Source: Thiomonas sp. (GTDB lineage Bacteria > Pseudomonadota > Gammaproteobacteria > Burkholderiales > Burkholderiaceae_C). Taken from it: 63,854 bases of DNA. The DNA lies in contig JAGDVQ010000095.1 in NCBI GenBank assembly GCA_023255715.1, forward strand, positions 1 to 63,854, read 5' to 3'. Position 1 is the first letter of the stretch; each line of letters opens with the position of its first letter. The notes beneath the pieces are model-generated. The model ran no database searches, was not told the origin of the DNA, and worked only from the letters and a program-made list of their open reading frames with translations. The translations under genes and the position numbers were made by a program. Of the stretch, positions 19,201-28,562 are shown piece by piece.

Positions 19201-20987
19201 TCGGCGTCACCGCCGAGTACCTGGCCTCGGCAGACCAGATCCAGATCAAGATGGCCCAGGGTGCCAAGCCTGGCGAAGGCGGGCAATTGCCCGGCGGCAA
19301 GGTGTCCGAATACATCGGCATGCTGCGCTACTCGGTGCCGGGCGTGGGTCTGATCTCGCCGCCGCCGCACCACGACATCTACTCCATCGAAGACCTCGCC
19401 CAGCTCATTCACGATCTGAAGAATGCCAACGCACGCGCATCCATCAGCGTCAAGCTGGTGTCGGAGTCGGGTGTGGGCACAGTGGCCACCGGCGTGGCCA
19501 AGGCCAAGGCCGATCATGTGGTGATTGCCGGGCATGACGGCGGCACCGGCGCGTCGCCGCTGTCCTCCATCAAGCACGCGGGCTCGGCCTGGGAAATCGG
19601 CCTGGCCGAAACCCAGCAGACCCTGGTGCTCAACCGCCTGCGCAGCCGCATCCGCGTGCAGGTGGACGGCCAGATCAAGACCGGCCGCGACGTGGTGATC
19701 GGCGCGCTGCTGGGCGCCGACGAATTCGGCTTTGCCACCGCGCCGCTGGTGGTCGAGGGCTGCATCATGATGCGCAAATGCCACCTCAACACCTGCCCGG
19801 TGGGCGTGGCCACGCAAGACCCGGCGCTGCGCAAGAAGTTCTCCGGCAAGCCCGAGCATGTGGTGAACTACTTCTTTTTCGTCGCCGAAGAAGTGCGCTC
19901 CATCATGGCCCAGCTCGGGGTGCGCAAGTTCGACGATCTGGTCGGCCGCGTCGATCTGCTCGACGCGCGCAAGGGCGTTGCGCACTGGAAGGCACGCGGC
20001 CTCGACTTCAGCCGCGTGTTCCACCAGCCCGACGTACCGGCCGATGTGCCGCGCCGTCAGGTGGAAGAGCAGGATCACGGCCTGGCCAAGGCGCTCGACC
20101 ATGTGCTGATCGAACGCGCCCGCCCCGCGCTCGAGCGCGGCGAGAAGGTGCAGTTCATCCAGAACGCGCGCAACGTCAACCGCACCGTGGGCGCCATGCT
20201 CTCCGGCGAGGTGGCTCGGCGTTACGGCCACGACGGCCTGCCCGACGACACCATCCACATCCAGATGGAAGGCACGGGCGGCCAGAGCTTCGGTGCCTTC
20301 CTCGCCCGTGGCATCACCCTCTACCTCATCGGCGAAGCCAACGACTACACCGGCAAGGGGCTCTCCGGCGGCCGCGTGGTGGTGCGCCCCAGCCTCGATT
20401 TCCGTGGCGATGCACCGGCGAACATCATTGTCGGCAACACCGTGCTGTACGGCGCAATCGAAGGCGAGGCCTTCTTCCGTGGCGTGGCCGGCGAACGCTT
20501 CGCCGTGCGCAATTCCGGCGCCACCACAGTGGTCGAAGGCACCGGAGACCACGGCTGCGAGTACATGACCGGCGGCACCGTGCTGGTGCTGGGTGAGACC
20601 GGCCGCAACTTTGCCGCCGGCATGAGCGGCGGCATTGCCTACGTCTATGACGTGGACGGTCTATTCGCCAAGCGCTGCAACACCGCCATGGTGGCGCTCG
20701 ACAAGGTCTTGCCCGCCGCCGAGCAGAAGGCGCAGATGGCCGAAGCCCTGTGGCACCGTGGCCAGACCGATGAAGCCCAGCTGCGCAAGCTGCTGCAGGA
20801 CCATCTGCGCTGGACAGGCTCGCAGCGTGCCCGCGAGCTGCTCGACACCTGGGAAGACGCGCGCGGCCGCTTCGTCAAGGTGTTCCCGCATGAATACAGG
20901 CGGGCTCTGGGCGAAATGGCCGCCAGGCGCGAAGCGCAGGCCGCCACCGAAAAGGCCAAGGCACCCGCCAGCGTCCCCGCCAAGTAA
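16245..20987 (+). CDS. gltB: Glutamate synthase large subunit
   Basis: HDACGVGF (N-terminal nucleophile Cys), [11 protein letters not shown] domain [16 protein letters not shown], 3Fe-4S motif [18 protein letters not shown] domain. Confidence 0.98.
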   Translation: MSSPQTPASPSEIAALSRGGLYCPQNEHDACGVGFVAHIKGSKSHDIVQNGLLILKNLDHRGAVGADKLMGDGAGILIQIPDAFFREEMAAQGVELPPPGEYGVGMIFLPREEASRLACVQEIERAVRAEGQVLLGWRDVPVDADMPMSPTVRAKEPVIRQVFIGRGPDVMVTDALERKLFVIRKTASHAIQKLDLRHGKEYFVPSMSARTIVYKGLLLADQVGEYYKDLKDPRVVSALALVHQRFSTNTFPEWPLAHPYRLVAHNGEINTVKGNYNWMRAREGAVSSPVLGADLQKLWPLIYPGQSDTASFDNCLELLVMAGYPLSHAMMMMIPEAWEQHTLMDPRRRAFYEYHAAMMEPWDGPAAIAFTDGRQIGATLDRNGLRPARYIVTDDDLVIMASESGVLPISESHIVKKWRLQPGKMFLIDMEAGRIIDDKEIKSQLASARPYGQWIENLRIRIDDLDHLGHAEPSPIPLLDRQQAFGYTQEDLKFLMAPMAEKGDEAVGSMGNDAALAVLSNRAKPLYNYFKQLFAQVTNPPIDSIRENMVMSLVSFIGPRPNLLDINQVNPPMRLEVSQPVLDYDDMARLRSIAQHTGGKFRSYEIDICYPVIWGQEGIEARIASICAEAVDAIKSGHNILIITDRSMSAERVAIPALLAMSAVHQHLTAHGLRTQTGLVVETGSARETHHFAVLAGYGAEAVHPYLALDTIAAMARDLPGDLSADKAMANYIKAIGKGLQKVMSKMGISTYMSYCGAQIFEAVGLSRELVDKYFTGTSTQVEGIGVFEVGQEALRMHRDAFGDSPVLANMLDAGGDYAWRARGEEHMWTPDAIAKLQHSTRSGNYNTYKEYAQIINDQSRRMLTLRGLFEFKIDPSKAIPIEEVEPAAEIVKRFATGAMSLGSISTEAHSTLAVAMNRIGGKSNTGEGGEDPLRYRAEMRTGSSGIQDGDTLGSVLGAERIVSDIPLKSGDSLRSKIKQVASGRFGVTAEYLASADQIQIKMAQGAKPGEGGQLPGGKVSEYIGMLRYSVPGVGLISPPPHHDIYSIEDLAQLIHDLKNANARASISVKLVSESGVGTVATGVAKAKADHVVIAGHDGGTGASPLSSIKHAGSAWEIGLAETQQTLVLNRLRSRIRVQVDGQIKTGRDVVIGALLGADEFGFATAPLVVEGCIMMRKCHLNTCPVGVATQDPALRKKFSGKPEHVVNYFFFVAEEVRSIMAQLGVRKFDDLVGRVDLLDARKGVAHWKARGLDFSRVFHQPDVPADVPRRQVEEQDHGLAKALDHVLIERARPALERGEKVQFIQNARNVNRTVGAMLSGEVARRYGHDGLPDDTIHIQMEGTGGQSFGAFLARGITLYLIGEANDYTGKGLSGGRVVVRPSLDFRGDAPANIIVGNTVLYGAIEGEAFFRGVAGERFAVRNSGATTVVEGTGDHGCEYMTGGTVLVLGETGRNFAAGMSGGIAYVYDVDGLFAKRCNTAMVALDKVLPAAEQKAQMAEALWHRGQTDEAQLRKLLQDHLRWTGSQRARELLDTWEDARGRFVKVFPHEYRRALGEMAARREAQAATEKAKAPASVPAK

Positions 20988-21016
20988 GCAGCAGTTCAGG
21001 ACATCGAGGAAAGATC

Positions 21017-22504
21017 ATGGGAAAAATCACCGGATTCATGGAATTCGAGCGGCAGGAAGAGCAATACGAAGCGCCTGCCGTGCGCCTCAAGCACTGGAAG
21101 GAATTCGTCCACGAGTTGCCCGAAGACAAGGCCAGAACCCAGGCCGGGCGTTGCATGGACTGCGGCATTCCGTTCTGCAACAACGGCTGTCCGGTCAACA
21201 ACATCATCCCGGATTTCAACGATCTGGTCTGGCAAGGCGACTGGAAACAGGCGCTTGACGTGCTGCACTCCACCAACAACTTCCCCGAGTTCACCGGCCG
21301 CATCTGCCCTGCGCCGTGCGAGTCGGCCTGCACCCTGGGCATCAATGAATTGCCGGTGGGCATCAAGTCCATCGAGCATGCCATCATCGACCGGGGCTGG
21401 AACGAAGGCTGGGTCACGCCGCAGCCGCCCGCGCACAAGACCGGCAAGACCGTGGCCATCGTCGGCTCCGGCCCGGCCGGGCTGGCGGCGGCGCAGCAAC
21501 TCGCTCGCGCCGGGCACAGCGTCACCGTGTTCGAGAAGAACGACCGCATCGGCGGCCTGCTGCGCTACGGCATTCCCGACTTCAAGATGGAGAAGAGCCA
21601 CATCGACCGCCGCATCGCGCAGATGCAGGCCGAGGGCGTGACCTTCCGCACCGGCGTGCTGGTGGCCGAACTGCCCAAGGACGGTCCCGGTGCCACCGTG
21701 GCCAACTGGGCGAAGGAATCCATCACCCCCGCGCAACTGCAGGCCGAGTTCGACGCCGTCCTGCTGACTGGCGGCTCGGAATGCCCACGCGATCTGCCCG
21801 TGCCCGGGCGAGAGCTCGACGGCATTCACTTCGCCATGGAATTCCTGCCGCTGCAGAACAAGGTCAACGCCGGAGACAAGCTCAAGAGCCAGATCCTGGC
21901 CACCGGCAAGCATGTGGTGGTGATCGGCGGCGGCGACACCGGCTCCGACTGTGTGGGCACCAGCAACCGTCATGGTGCAGCGAGCGTCACCCAGTTCGAG
22001 GTGATGCCGCAGCCGCCCGAGCAGGAGAACAAGCCGCTGGTGTGGCCGTACTGGCCGATCAAGCTGCGCACCTCCAGCAGCCACGAGGAAGGTTGCTCGC
22101 GCGACTGGGCCGTGGCCACCAAGGAATTCCTCCCCGGCACTGGCAAGGACAAGAACAAGGTCAAGCAACTCAAGGCCTGCCGCGTGGAGTGGAAGGACGG
22201 CCGCATGCAGGAAGTGCCGGGCAGCGAGTTCACCATGCAGGCCGATCTGGTGCTGCTGGCGATGGGCTTCGTGCATCCGGTGGGCAGCGTGCTCGACGCT
22301 TTCGGCGTCGACAAGGACGCCCGCGGCAACGCCAAGGCCGGCACCGAAGACGAGACCGGCTATGCCACCAATGTGCCCAAGGTCTATGCCGCAGGCGACA
22401 TGCGTCGCGGACAGTCGCTGGTGGTGTGGGCCATCCGGGAAGGCCGCCAGGCCGCGCGCGAGATCGACCGCTTCCTCACCGGATCGACCGAGCTGCCACG
22501 GTGA
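21017..22504 (+). CDS. gltD: Glutamate synthase small subunit
   Basis: [48 protein letters not shown]. Confidence 0.97.
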   Translation: MGKITGFMEFERQEEQYEAPAVRLKHWKEFVHELPEDKARTQAGRCMDCGIPFCNNGCPVNNIIPDFNDLVWQGDWKQALDVLHSTNNFPEFTGRICPAPCESACTLGINELPVGIKSIEHAIIDRGWNEGWVTPQPPAHKTGKTVAIVGSGPAGLAAAQQLARAGHSVTVFEKNDRIGGLLRYGIPDFKMEKSHIDRRIAQMQAEGVTFRTGVLVAELPKDGPGATVANWAKESITPAQLQAEFDAVLLTGGSECPRDLPVPGRELDGIHFAMEFLPLQNKVNAGDKLKSQILATGKHVVVIGGGDTGSDCVGTSNRHGAASVTQFEVMPQPPEQENKPLVWPYWPIKLRTSSSHEEGCSRDWAVATKEFLPGTGKDKNKVKQLKACRVEWKDGRMQEVPGSEFTMQADLVLLAMGFVHPVGSVLDAFGVDKDARGNAKAGTEDETGYATNVPKVYAAGDMRRGQSLVVWAIREGRQAAREIDRFLTGSTELPR

Positions 22505-22586
22505 TGCAGCGCCCGGCCCGCACGGATCGCCGGTCTTTTGATCCATGCAGGGCCGGTCCGGTCGGCGATTTTCGGACAATGCGGGG

Positions 22587-23207
22587 ATGATGCGAGACGT
22601 TGATGACCATCACGGCCTGCCCCAATTCCCGGGTCGCGATCCGCAGGACATGCTGGAGGCCACCCTCGCCAGTCGTCCCGACGGGGATCTCTGGTTGTTC
22701 GGCTACGGCTCGCTGATCTGGAACCCGGAAGTCGTGCACGAGGAAGTGCGCCCCGCGCGCGTGTGGGGCTGGCGCCGCACGCTGCGCATGTGGTCGCGCA
22801 TCAATCGCGGCACGGAACAGGCGCCCGGCCTTGTGTTTGCGCTGATGTCCGGCGGCTCCTGCAGCGGCATTGCGCTGCGCGTGCCGCAGCACTGCGCCGA
22901 GCGCGAGCTGCGGCAACTCTGGAAGCGCGAAATGCCCCGCGCCGTGTATGACCCGCGCTGGCTGCGCACCCGCACGCCGCATGGCGTGGTGCAGGCCCTT
23001 GCGTTCACCTTGCATCCCGACAGCCCCAGCTACACCGGCGAACTCGATGACCAGCAACTGATCGAGATTCTGCGCAACTGCCGTGGCCGGTATGGCACCA
23101 CGCTGGAGTATGTGGCGCGCACCGCCCGCGCCCTGCGCGCCATCGGTATCCGCGATGCCGAGATCGAGCGCATCATGGCACTGGTCGATCAGCACCAACT
23201 GGCTTGA
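22587..23207 (+). CDS. chaC: Glutathione-specific gamma-glutamylcyclotransferase (ChaC family)
   Basis: LWLFGYGSLIWNP, RGTEQAPGLVFAL, LWKREM, GRYGTTLEY. Confidence 0.85.
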   Translation: MMRDVDDHHGLPQFPGRDPQDMLEATLASRPDGDLWLFGYGSLIWNPEVVHEEVRPARVWGWRRTLRMWSRINRGTEQAPGLVFALMSGGSCSGIALRVPQHCAERELRQLWKREMPRAVYDPRWLRTRTPHGVVQALAFTLHPDSPSYTGELDDQQLIEILRNCRGRYGTTLEYVARTARALRAIGIRDAEIERIMALVDQHQLA

Positions 23208-23334
23208 GCGCCATGCGCGCCTGGCGGTGCGCGGTCACGCCACGGGCCTTTCGATAGCATGTCAACCTGAGAACCTTCTCCGCGCATCCCTGCATGCGGT
23301 TGCGTCCGATCTTCCCTCCAACCAGGACCGCTCA

Positions 23335-23523
23335 TTGGCCAAGCCGAATTACTCCTACGAAAAACGTCAGAAAGAACTCGCCAAGGAGCGCAAGAAGCAG
23401 GAAAAGCTGCAGCGCAAGGCCAACAAGCCGGGCAGCACGCAGATGCACGGCGAGGATTCCGGCAGCGCGACACCGCCGGACGCCGACACCGCGAGCAACA
23501 CCGCGCCGACCTCCGGGAGCTGA
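23335..23523 (+). CDS. Small basic conserved hypothetical protein (62 aa, TTG start)
   Basis: agga RBS followed by TTG GCC AAG CCG AAT TAC, giving MAKPNYSYEKRQKELAKERKKQEKLQRK. Resembles a small-protein family I recall from Proteobacteria. Confidence 0.65.
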   Translation: MAKPNYSYEKRQKELAKERKKQEKLQRKANKPGSTQMHGEDSGSATPPDADTASNTAPTSGS

Positions 23524-23984
23524 CGGCCTGCCTGTGCATGCGCCCGGCAAGCGCTGGTTCGCGCTGCGCGGCGACGACTGACCCAAGGGCCTGCGCAACA
23601 CCGGGTCCGTGGCTTCGACCCCTCGAACAGTGCGTCGATTTCAACTCCGGCCATGCACAGCGCAGGATCTGCGCGCGATCTGACCAGCTTCCTGCGGGTG
23701 TTGTCGCGGGAGTTTTTGTGCAGCACGACAACCGAGGCGGATGACTCGTGGTCAATTGACGCCCCGCGCGGCGACATTCAACAGACCCCGATCCAGCCTG
23801 ACCGGAAACAGCGCTGCTGGATTTTCACCACCATCGGCCGCAACTGCCAAGCCAGCGTCCTCCACAGCGCATTGCTGACGGGGCCGTGCAGCGTCGTGGG
23901 CGGAGTTGCTGTTGCGGCGCAATTGCGTGTCGGAGCGGAGCACGGCGGGCGTGATCACGCGCCTGATCCATCAAGGCAAGGTTC

Positions 23985-24147
23985 AGGGCAACACGGAACA
24001 AGTCTCTTGCGCGCTGCGCATCCAGCCTGCGGGCGGTCTGCGGCGCAGCCCTCGCTCGCCATCGCTTGGGCGATTGTCTTGGTGTGCGCCTTGCATCCCA
24101 TCCCGCACACCGGCGCGCATCATCACAAGGACTGATTTGTGTCGCCT
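23985..24147. mobile_element. MITE-like non-autonomous element (copy 2, about 165 bp)
   Basis: Left end agggcaacacggaacaagtc, right end gactgatttgtgtcgcct. Internal 55 bp identical to window 1-55. Internal self-complementarity; no transposase. Confidence 0.72.
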
Positions 24148-24365
24148 TAGCCAGACAGACCGTCGTCGTCTCGCTCGCTGTAGCTGCGCCAGTTGTTCAA
24201 GGCGCTGCGCATCACCTGAACCTCCTGCGCGAAATTGGGGCAGGCCTTGCACACCAGGAAATGGATGAGGATGGACAAGCGCTCTGGAAAATCGAGTGCG
24301 CGGTCTTCCCGCGCCAGGATGAGGGCGGCAACTTCGCGGCAGGTGCGGCGGAAGGGGTAGTTCAT
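24147..24365 (-). CDS. zf-HC2 zinc-binding anti-sigma factor (72 aa)
   Basis: TCREVAAL...HFLVCKAC (C...HxxxCxxC, ZAS motif). ATGA overlap with the sigma factor stop. Confidence 0.85.
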   Translation of the reverse strand: MNYPFRRTCREVAALILAREDRALDFPERLSILIHFLVCKACPNFAQEVQVMRSALNNWRSYSERDDDGLSG

Positions 24366-24979
24366 GTTGCCGGGTTCCCGAACCAGTTGAGTTGCAGACA
24401 TTCGCGCAGGCGCATCCGGGCGCGGTGCAGCATGGTCCAGACATTGGTCGAGGAAATGCGCAGTTCCTGACAGATGGCGTCGGTGTCGAGTTCCAGCCAT
24501 TCGCGCATCAGGAACACCCGGCCGATCTGGCCGGGCAGCGCATCCATGCAGGCTTCGAGCACCTCGAAGAACTGGCGCTGCTGCAGAGCTTCGGCTGGCG
24601 CGTCCCAGGTCTGCGGCATGGTGCGGAAATGGCCGTTGGGCGCGAACACCAGATCTTCGAGCACGTCGCCTTCCTCGTCGGTGTCGTATTGTGCTTCGCG
24701 CTGGCGCAGCCGCAGCTGATCGAGCACCTTGTGCTTGAGGATGCCCACCACCCAGGTCTTGAACTGCGACTGCCCGGCAAAGCGCTGCGCGCCTTCCAGT
24801 GCTGCGAGCAGGGTTTCGGATACGACGTCTTCGGCCCAGGCCGTGTTGCGCAACTGCAATTGCGCCAGGCGCAGCAGGGTGGGGCGCAGGGCTTGGATGC
24901 GGGCGTGCAGGTCGGTGAGCTGGGCGGCGGATTCGGAGGGCATGGGCAGGTCGGGCTGGTCGCCAACCACCAAAGTCAT
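24362..24979 (-). CDS. ECF RNA polymerase sigma-70 factor
   Basis: AEDVVSETLLAALE, FKTWVVGILKHK (region 2); VFLMREWLEL...ICQEL.ISSTNVWTMLHRARMRLRECL (region 4). Alternative start at 24943. Confidence 0.9.
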   Translation of the reverse strand: MTLVVGDQPDLPMPSESAAQLTDLHARIQALRPTLLRLAQLQLRNTAWAEDVVSETLLAALEGAQRFAGQSQFKTWVVGILKHKVLDQLRLRQREAQYDTDEEGDVLEDLVFAPNGHFRTMPQTWDAPAEALQQRQFFEVLEACMDALPGQIGRVFLMREWLELDTDAICQELRISSTNVWTMLHRARMRLRECLQLNWFGNPAT

Positions 24980-25164
24980 GTGGGCAGTTGCATTCTTCCA
25001 TGCGGGCGCGTTTCAGGCTTCGCTTCGGACTGCGGGTTTTCACTGAGATGTTGCACCGTCAGGAATGGCCGCTCGGCGCGACTGATGAGCAACCCAGTCG
25101 ACATGCGACGGGTTGTTGCAGGCGACCTGCCTGTCTGACCTCACACTATCTCAGGAGATTCACC

Positions 25165-25491
25165 ATGAACAAGCGTCAATTCCTCAGCACCGCCGCCGCC
25201 TCGATGCTCGCGATGGGCGTGCTCGCCACAGTGCCTGCTGCACACGCCGAGAGCATGGGCAAGTGCTTCGGCGTGGCCAAGGCGGGGCAGAACGACTGCG
25301 CCGGGTTGTCCGGGCTGCATTCGTGCAAGGGCACCAGCACCATGAGCTACAACCCGGGCGACTTTGTCGTCAAGCCCACAGGCACTTGCGAAAAACTGGG
25401 TGGCTTGGACATGGCGCAGGCCAAGGCCGTGCTCGCCAGCCCGGAGAAGACCAAGGCCTTCGAGGCGTCGATGGCCAAGAAAATGTCCTGA
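25165..25491 (+). CDS. DUF2282/BufA1-like (bufferin) RiPP precursor with signal peptide
   Basis: RBS aggag; signal peptide ending AHA; KCFGVAKAGQNDCA...HSCKG...P.GTCEKLGG four-Cys pattern (C34, C45, C54, C75); directly upstream of DUF692. Confidence 0.88.
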   Translation: MNKRQFLSTAAASMLAMGVLATVPAAHAESMGKCFGVAKAGQNDCAGLSGLHSCKGTSTMSYNPGDFVVKPTGTCEKLGGLDMAQAKAVLASPEKTKAFEASMAKKMS

Positions 25492-25502
25492 CCGTCTGCC
25501 GC

Positions 25503-25539
25503 GCGCAACCGGCTGCGGTGTGGCACCGCGCGGTTGCGC
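25503..25539 (+). other. Intergenic stem-loop after the precursor gene
   Basis: gcgcaaccg/cggttgcgc outer stem and gcggtg/caccgc inner stem; no U-tract. Confidence 0.5.
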
Positions 25540-25569
25540 AGCGCTGACCTGCCTGCGAGGAGATCTGCG

Positions 25570-26496
25570 ATGAACCCGAGAGTCGCGCGTGCCGGCATCG
25601 GCCTGCGCCAGCCGCATTACCGAGCGTTTCACACCATGCAGCCAGAGGTTGGCTTTGTCGAAGTGCATTCGGAAAACTTTTTCAATCCCCACGACGCCGC
25701 CGCTGAGGTATTGCAGCAGGTGCGTGCCGATCATGCCGTGAGTCTGCACGGCGTCGGCCTGGCGCTGGGTTCGGCCTGCGGGCTGGACTCGCAGCATCTG
25801 GAGCAGCTCGCCGCCCTGGTCGAGCGCATCGAGCCGGTGCGGGTGTCCGACCATGCCTGCTTTGCCCGCGCCCCATGGAGCGCGCGCGGCATTGTGCACG
25901 CCAGCGACCTGCTGCCCATCGCCTTCACCCAGGGTCAGCTCGATGTGTTCTGCGCCCATGTGCAGCAGGTGCAGGAGCGTCTGCGCCGCCCCATTCTGGT
26001 TGAAAACCTCAGCAGCTATATCGACTTTGCCGACGCCGACTACACCGAGGCTGAATTCTTCGACGCGCTGGTGCGCCGCACCGGCTGCGGCATGCTGCTC
26101 GATGTCAACAACCTCATGGTCAACGCCAAGAACGCTCACCACCCGACGCCACTGCAATCGGTGTGCGATTGGCTCGACGCGCTCGCCGCGGCGCTGCCCG
26201 CCGGTGCGGTGGGCGAAATCCACCTGGCCGGACACAGCGAGCAGGGCGGCCTGGTGATCGACGACCACGCCGATCTCGTGTCGCTGCCAGTGTGGATGGC
26301 CTATGTGCATGCGCTTCGCCGCTTCGGCGCCACGCCCACGCTCATCGAGTGGGACGACCGACTGCCGCCGCTGAGCATGCTGCTTGACGAAGCGGCGCAG
26401 GCGCAGACGCTGCTTGACGACGTCCAGCGCGAAGCTACGTCCGCCGGTAGCGTGCCGTGCGATTACACCGGCGCATCGTGGGAGATGACAGCATGA
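25570..26496 (+). CDS. DUF692 multinuclear non-heme iron oxidative enzyme (MNIO; BufB/MbnB family)
   Basis: GIGLR, EVHSENF, SLHGVGLALG, SDH, LVENLSSY, LLDVNN, EIHLAGH, IDDH, LIEWD; iron ligands appear intact. Confidence 0.93.
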   Translation: MNPRVARAGIGLRQPHYRAFHTMQPEVGFVEVHSENFFNPHDAAAEVLQQVRADHAVSLHGVGLALGSACGLDSQHLEQLAALVERIEPVRVSDHACFARAPWSARGIVHASDLLPIAFTQGQLDVFCAHVQQVQERLRRPILVENLSSYIDFADADYTEAEFFDALVRRTGCGMLLDVNNLMVNAKNAHHPTPLQSVCDWLDALAAALPAGAVGEIHLAGHSEQGGLVIDDHADLVSLPVWMAYVHALRRFGATPTLIEWDDRLPPLSMLLDEAAQAQTLLDDVQREATSAGSVPCDYTGASWEMTA

Positions 26497-27302
26497 ACGC
26501 ACCAATGTCCGCCACGGCGCACGAGGCGGCGCGTCAGCAGGCATTGGTCGCGTTGCTGTTTGCGCCGCAGCCGCAAGCGGACGCCCCGCCCACGCTGGGC
26601 GTGCGGCAACGCGGCGCAAGCTGGGCCGAGGGACTGGCGGCCTACCGCGGCAACGGCCGCGAGCACGCCCGGCTGGCGCTGCGCGCGCAGTTTCCAACCA
26701 TCCTGGCGATGCTCGGCGACGATGCGTTCGACACGGTTGCCGTGCGGCACTGGCTGGCGCGTCCGCCGCGCCGTGGCGATCTGGCCTGGGTCGGCGAGGA
26801 CTTTGCCGACACCCTGGCCGAGCAGAGCGCGCTGCGCAACTGGCCCTGGCTGGCCGACAGCGCGCGTCTGGACTGGGCGCTTTGGGACGTGCAGCGTTAT
26901 CCGTCGGCTGCGCTGCGGGCAGAAGACTTGCAGCGCCTGGCCACGCAGCCGCCGCAAACCTTGCGGCTGCGCCTAGCCCCCGGCGCGCAGCTGATCGCGT
27001 CGAACTGGCCCATCGTCACCCTGTGGCAACTACACCGCGCCGCTGCACCGGATGCGCAGGCTTGCCGCGATGCGCTGCAGCTGGGCGAGCAGACCGCCTG
27101 GGTCTGGCGCCTGGGCTGGCAACCCTGCGCCGAAGCGATTGCGCCAATCGTTGCGCACTGGATGCACGCGCTGCAGACCGCGCCAACCCTGGAGGCAGCG
27201 CTTGCCGCATGCGATGAGGATTTCGACCTTGCCGCCTGGCTGCATCGCGCGGTGCAGCAGGGTTGGATCGCCGCGGTCGAGCCCTTGCGCATGCCGGATT
27301 GA
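26493..27302 (+). CDS. DUF2063/BufC-like MNIO partner protein
   Basis: GLAAYRGN...ALRAQFP...LGDDAF, GEDFADTL, PWLADSARLDWA, SNWPIVTLW. ATGA overlap with DUF692. Confidence 0.85.
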   Translation: MNAPMSATAHEAARQQALVALLFAPQPQADAPPTLGVRQRGASWAEGLAAYRGNGREHARLALRAQFPTILAMLGDDAFDTVAVRHWLARPPRRGDLAWVGEDFADTLAEQSALRNWPWLADSARLDWALWDVQRYPSAALRAEDLQRLATQPPQTLRLRLAPGAQLIASNWPIVTLWQLHRAAAPDAQACRDALQLGEQTAWVWRLGWQPCAEAIAPIVAHWMHALQTAPTLEAALAACDEDFDLAAWLHRAVQQGWIAAVEPLRMPD

Positions 27303-27352
27303 GCGACGACAAAAACTTTTGCAGGCACACCCCATCACAAGAGGAGACGATC

Positions 27353-27832
27353 ATGACCGCCCTGACTTTGCAACAGCGCATGCGCTGCGCCAACCCCATC
27401 CGCCAGTCCTGGAGCGCCCTGATGCGCCTGCTCGACTGGCTGCAGTCCCCGGCGCTGCTTGTCGCGCGACTGTATGTCGCCTATGTGTTCTTCAACTCCG
27501 GTCTGCAGAGCCTGCGCGACTGGGCCGGCACCGTGTGGCTGTACGAAAACGAGTTTCACGTCGCCCTGCTGCCGCCGCATGTGGCTGCGGTTGCCGGCAC
27601 TGCGGGAGAACTGCTGTTGCCGCCGTTGCTGGCGCTCGGGCTGTTCGGCCGCTTCGGCGCGCTGGGGATGTTCGTGGTCAACGCGGTGGCGCTGCTGTCC
27701 TACATGGACGCGCTGCAGCCCCCGGCCATACTGATGCACGTGATCTGGGGCATCCTGATTGCCGTGATCGCCCTGTGGGGGCCGGGCAGGTGGTCGATCG
27801 ATCAATGGAGGACCGGCCGCCGCGGGGCGTAA
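27353..27832 (+). CDS. DoxX family membrane protein (BufD-like)
   Basis: RBS gaggag; ARLYVAYVFFNSG, ELLLPPLLALGLFGRFGAL, GPGRWSID. Confidence 0.87.
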   Translation: MTALTLQQRMRCANPIRQSWSALMRLLDWLQSPALLVARLYVAYVFFNSGLQSLRDWAGTVWLYENEFHVALLPPHVAAVAGTAGELLLPPLLALGLFGRFGALGMFVVNAVALLSYMDALQPPAILMHVIWGILIAVIALWGPGRWSIDQWRTGRRGA

Positions 27833-27843
27833 GCTGTGCCGAC

Positions 27844-28452
27844 ATGAAGTCGCGTCGACCCGCTGTCCTGTTCTGCGCTGTCCTGCTCGGCGGCTTGGCA
27901 TTCGCACCGCCTGCGATGGGCGCTGATGTGGCCGCAGCCAGACCCGCACCCGACGTGGCTGCCGCGGCCCAGGTCCTGGCGCATCTGCCGCAAGCCACCG
28001 CGATTGCCGAAGGCCGCGGCACGCGGGTGCTCACGGTGTTTTTCGACCCGAACTGCCCCTACTGCCGCCAGCTCTACCGCGACCTGCGGCCCTTTGTCGG
28101 CAAGGACGGCTTGCAGATCGACTGGGTGCCGGTGGCCATTCTGGCGCCGAGCAGTCTGGGCAAGGCGGCTGCCATCTTGCAGTCGGCCGATCGCCTGCAG
28201 GCCTTCCGGGAGATGGAGGATCATGCGCTCGACCCCAATCTGCCTGCACCCTCGGTGCCCACGGCCAGCCAGATCCGCGCCACAACCCGGCAGACTCTCC
28301 GGGCCAACGAAGCCGTGCTGAAACAGGCCGGGGTGTACTACAGCGTGCCGCTGGCGGTGTACCGCAACCGCGCGGGTCAGCCTGAACTGTTGCTCGGCGG
28401 ACCGCGCGACGACAAGGTCCTTGCAGCGCTGCTGTACACAGTGGGGCCATGA
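27844..28452 (+). CDS. Periplasmic DsbG-like thioredoxin-fold protein 1 (CPYC)
   Basis: Signal peptide; VFFDPNCPYC, WVPVAIL..SS.GKAAAIL; cis-Pro loop SVP. Confidence 0.82.
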   Translation: MKSRRPAVLFCAVLLGGLAFAPPAMGADVAAARPAPDVAAAAQVLAHLPQATAIAEGRGTRVLTVFFDPNCPYCRQLYRDLRPFVGKDGLQIDWVPVAILAPSSLGKAAAILQSADRLQAFREMEDHALDPNLPAPSVPTASQIRATTRQTLRANEAVLKQAGVYYSVPLAVYRNRAGQPELLLGGPRDDKVLAALLYTVGP

Positions 28453-28562
28453 CGGATGGCGCCGTCAGCATGTACGCTGGCAGCATGCCGTCTTGCGATG
28501 GCGGCCGTGCTGCAGCACTGACCCACCCCGTATCCGCAACAACCCGTCAAGGAGAGACACGC

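Noticed and set aside
16269-20552. Long minus-strand ORFs (789 aa and 631 aa) opposite gltB
   Set aside because: Antisense shadows caused by high-GC codon bias; no recognisable motifs, and they fully overlap a certain gene.
23985-24147. Repeat as a CRISPR unit or a complete IS
   Set aside because: Only two dispersed copies, no spacer periodicity, no cas gene and no transposase inside.
24147-25043. 298-aa ORF as a long anti-sigma protein
   Set aside because: Only the last 72 aa carry the zf-HC2 motif; the remainder is an alternative frame of the sigma gene.
25104-25120. TGCGACGGGTTGTTGCA as a RegA box upstream of the precursor
   Set aside because: It has a mismatch to a GC-rich degenerate consensus and is better explained as one arm of an RNA hairpin.
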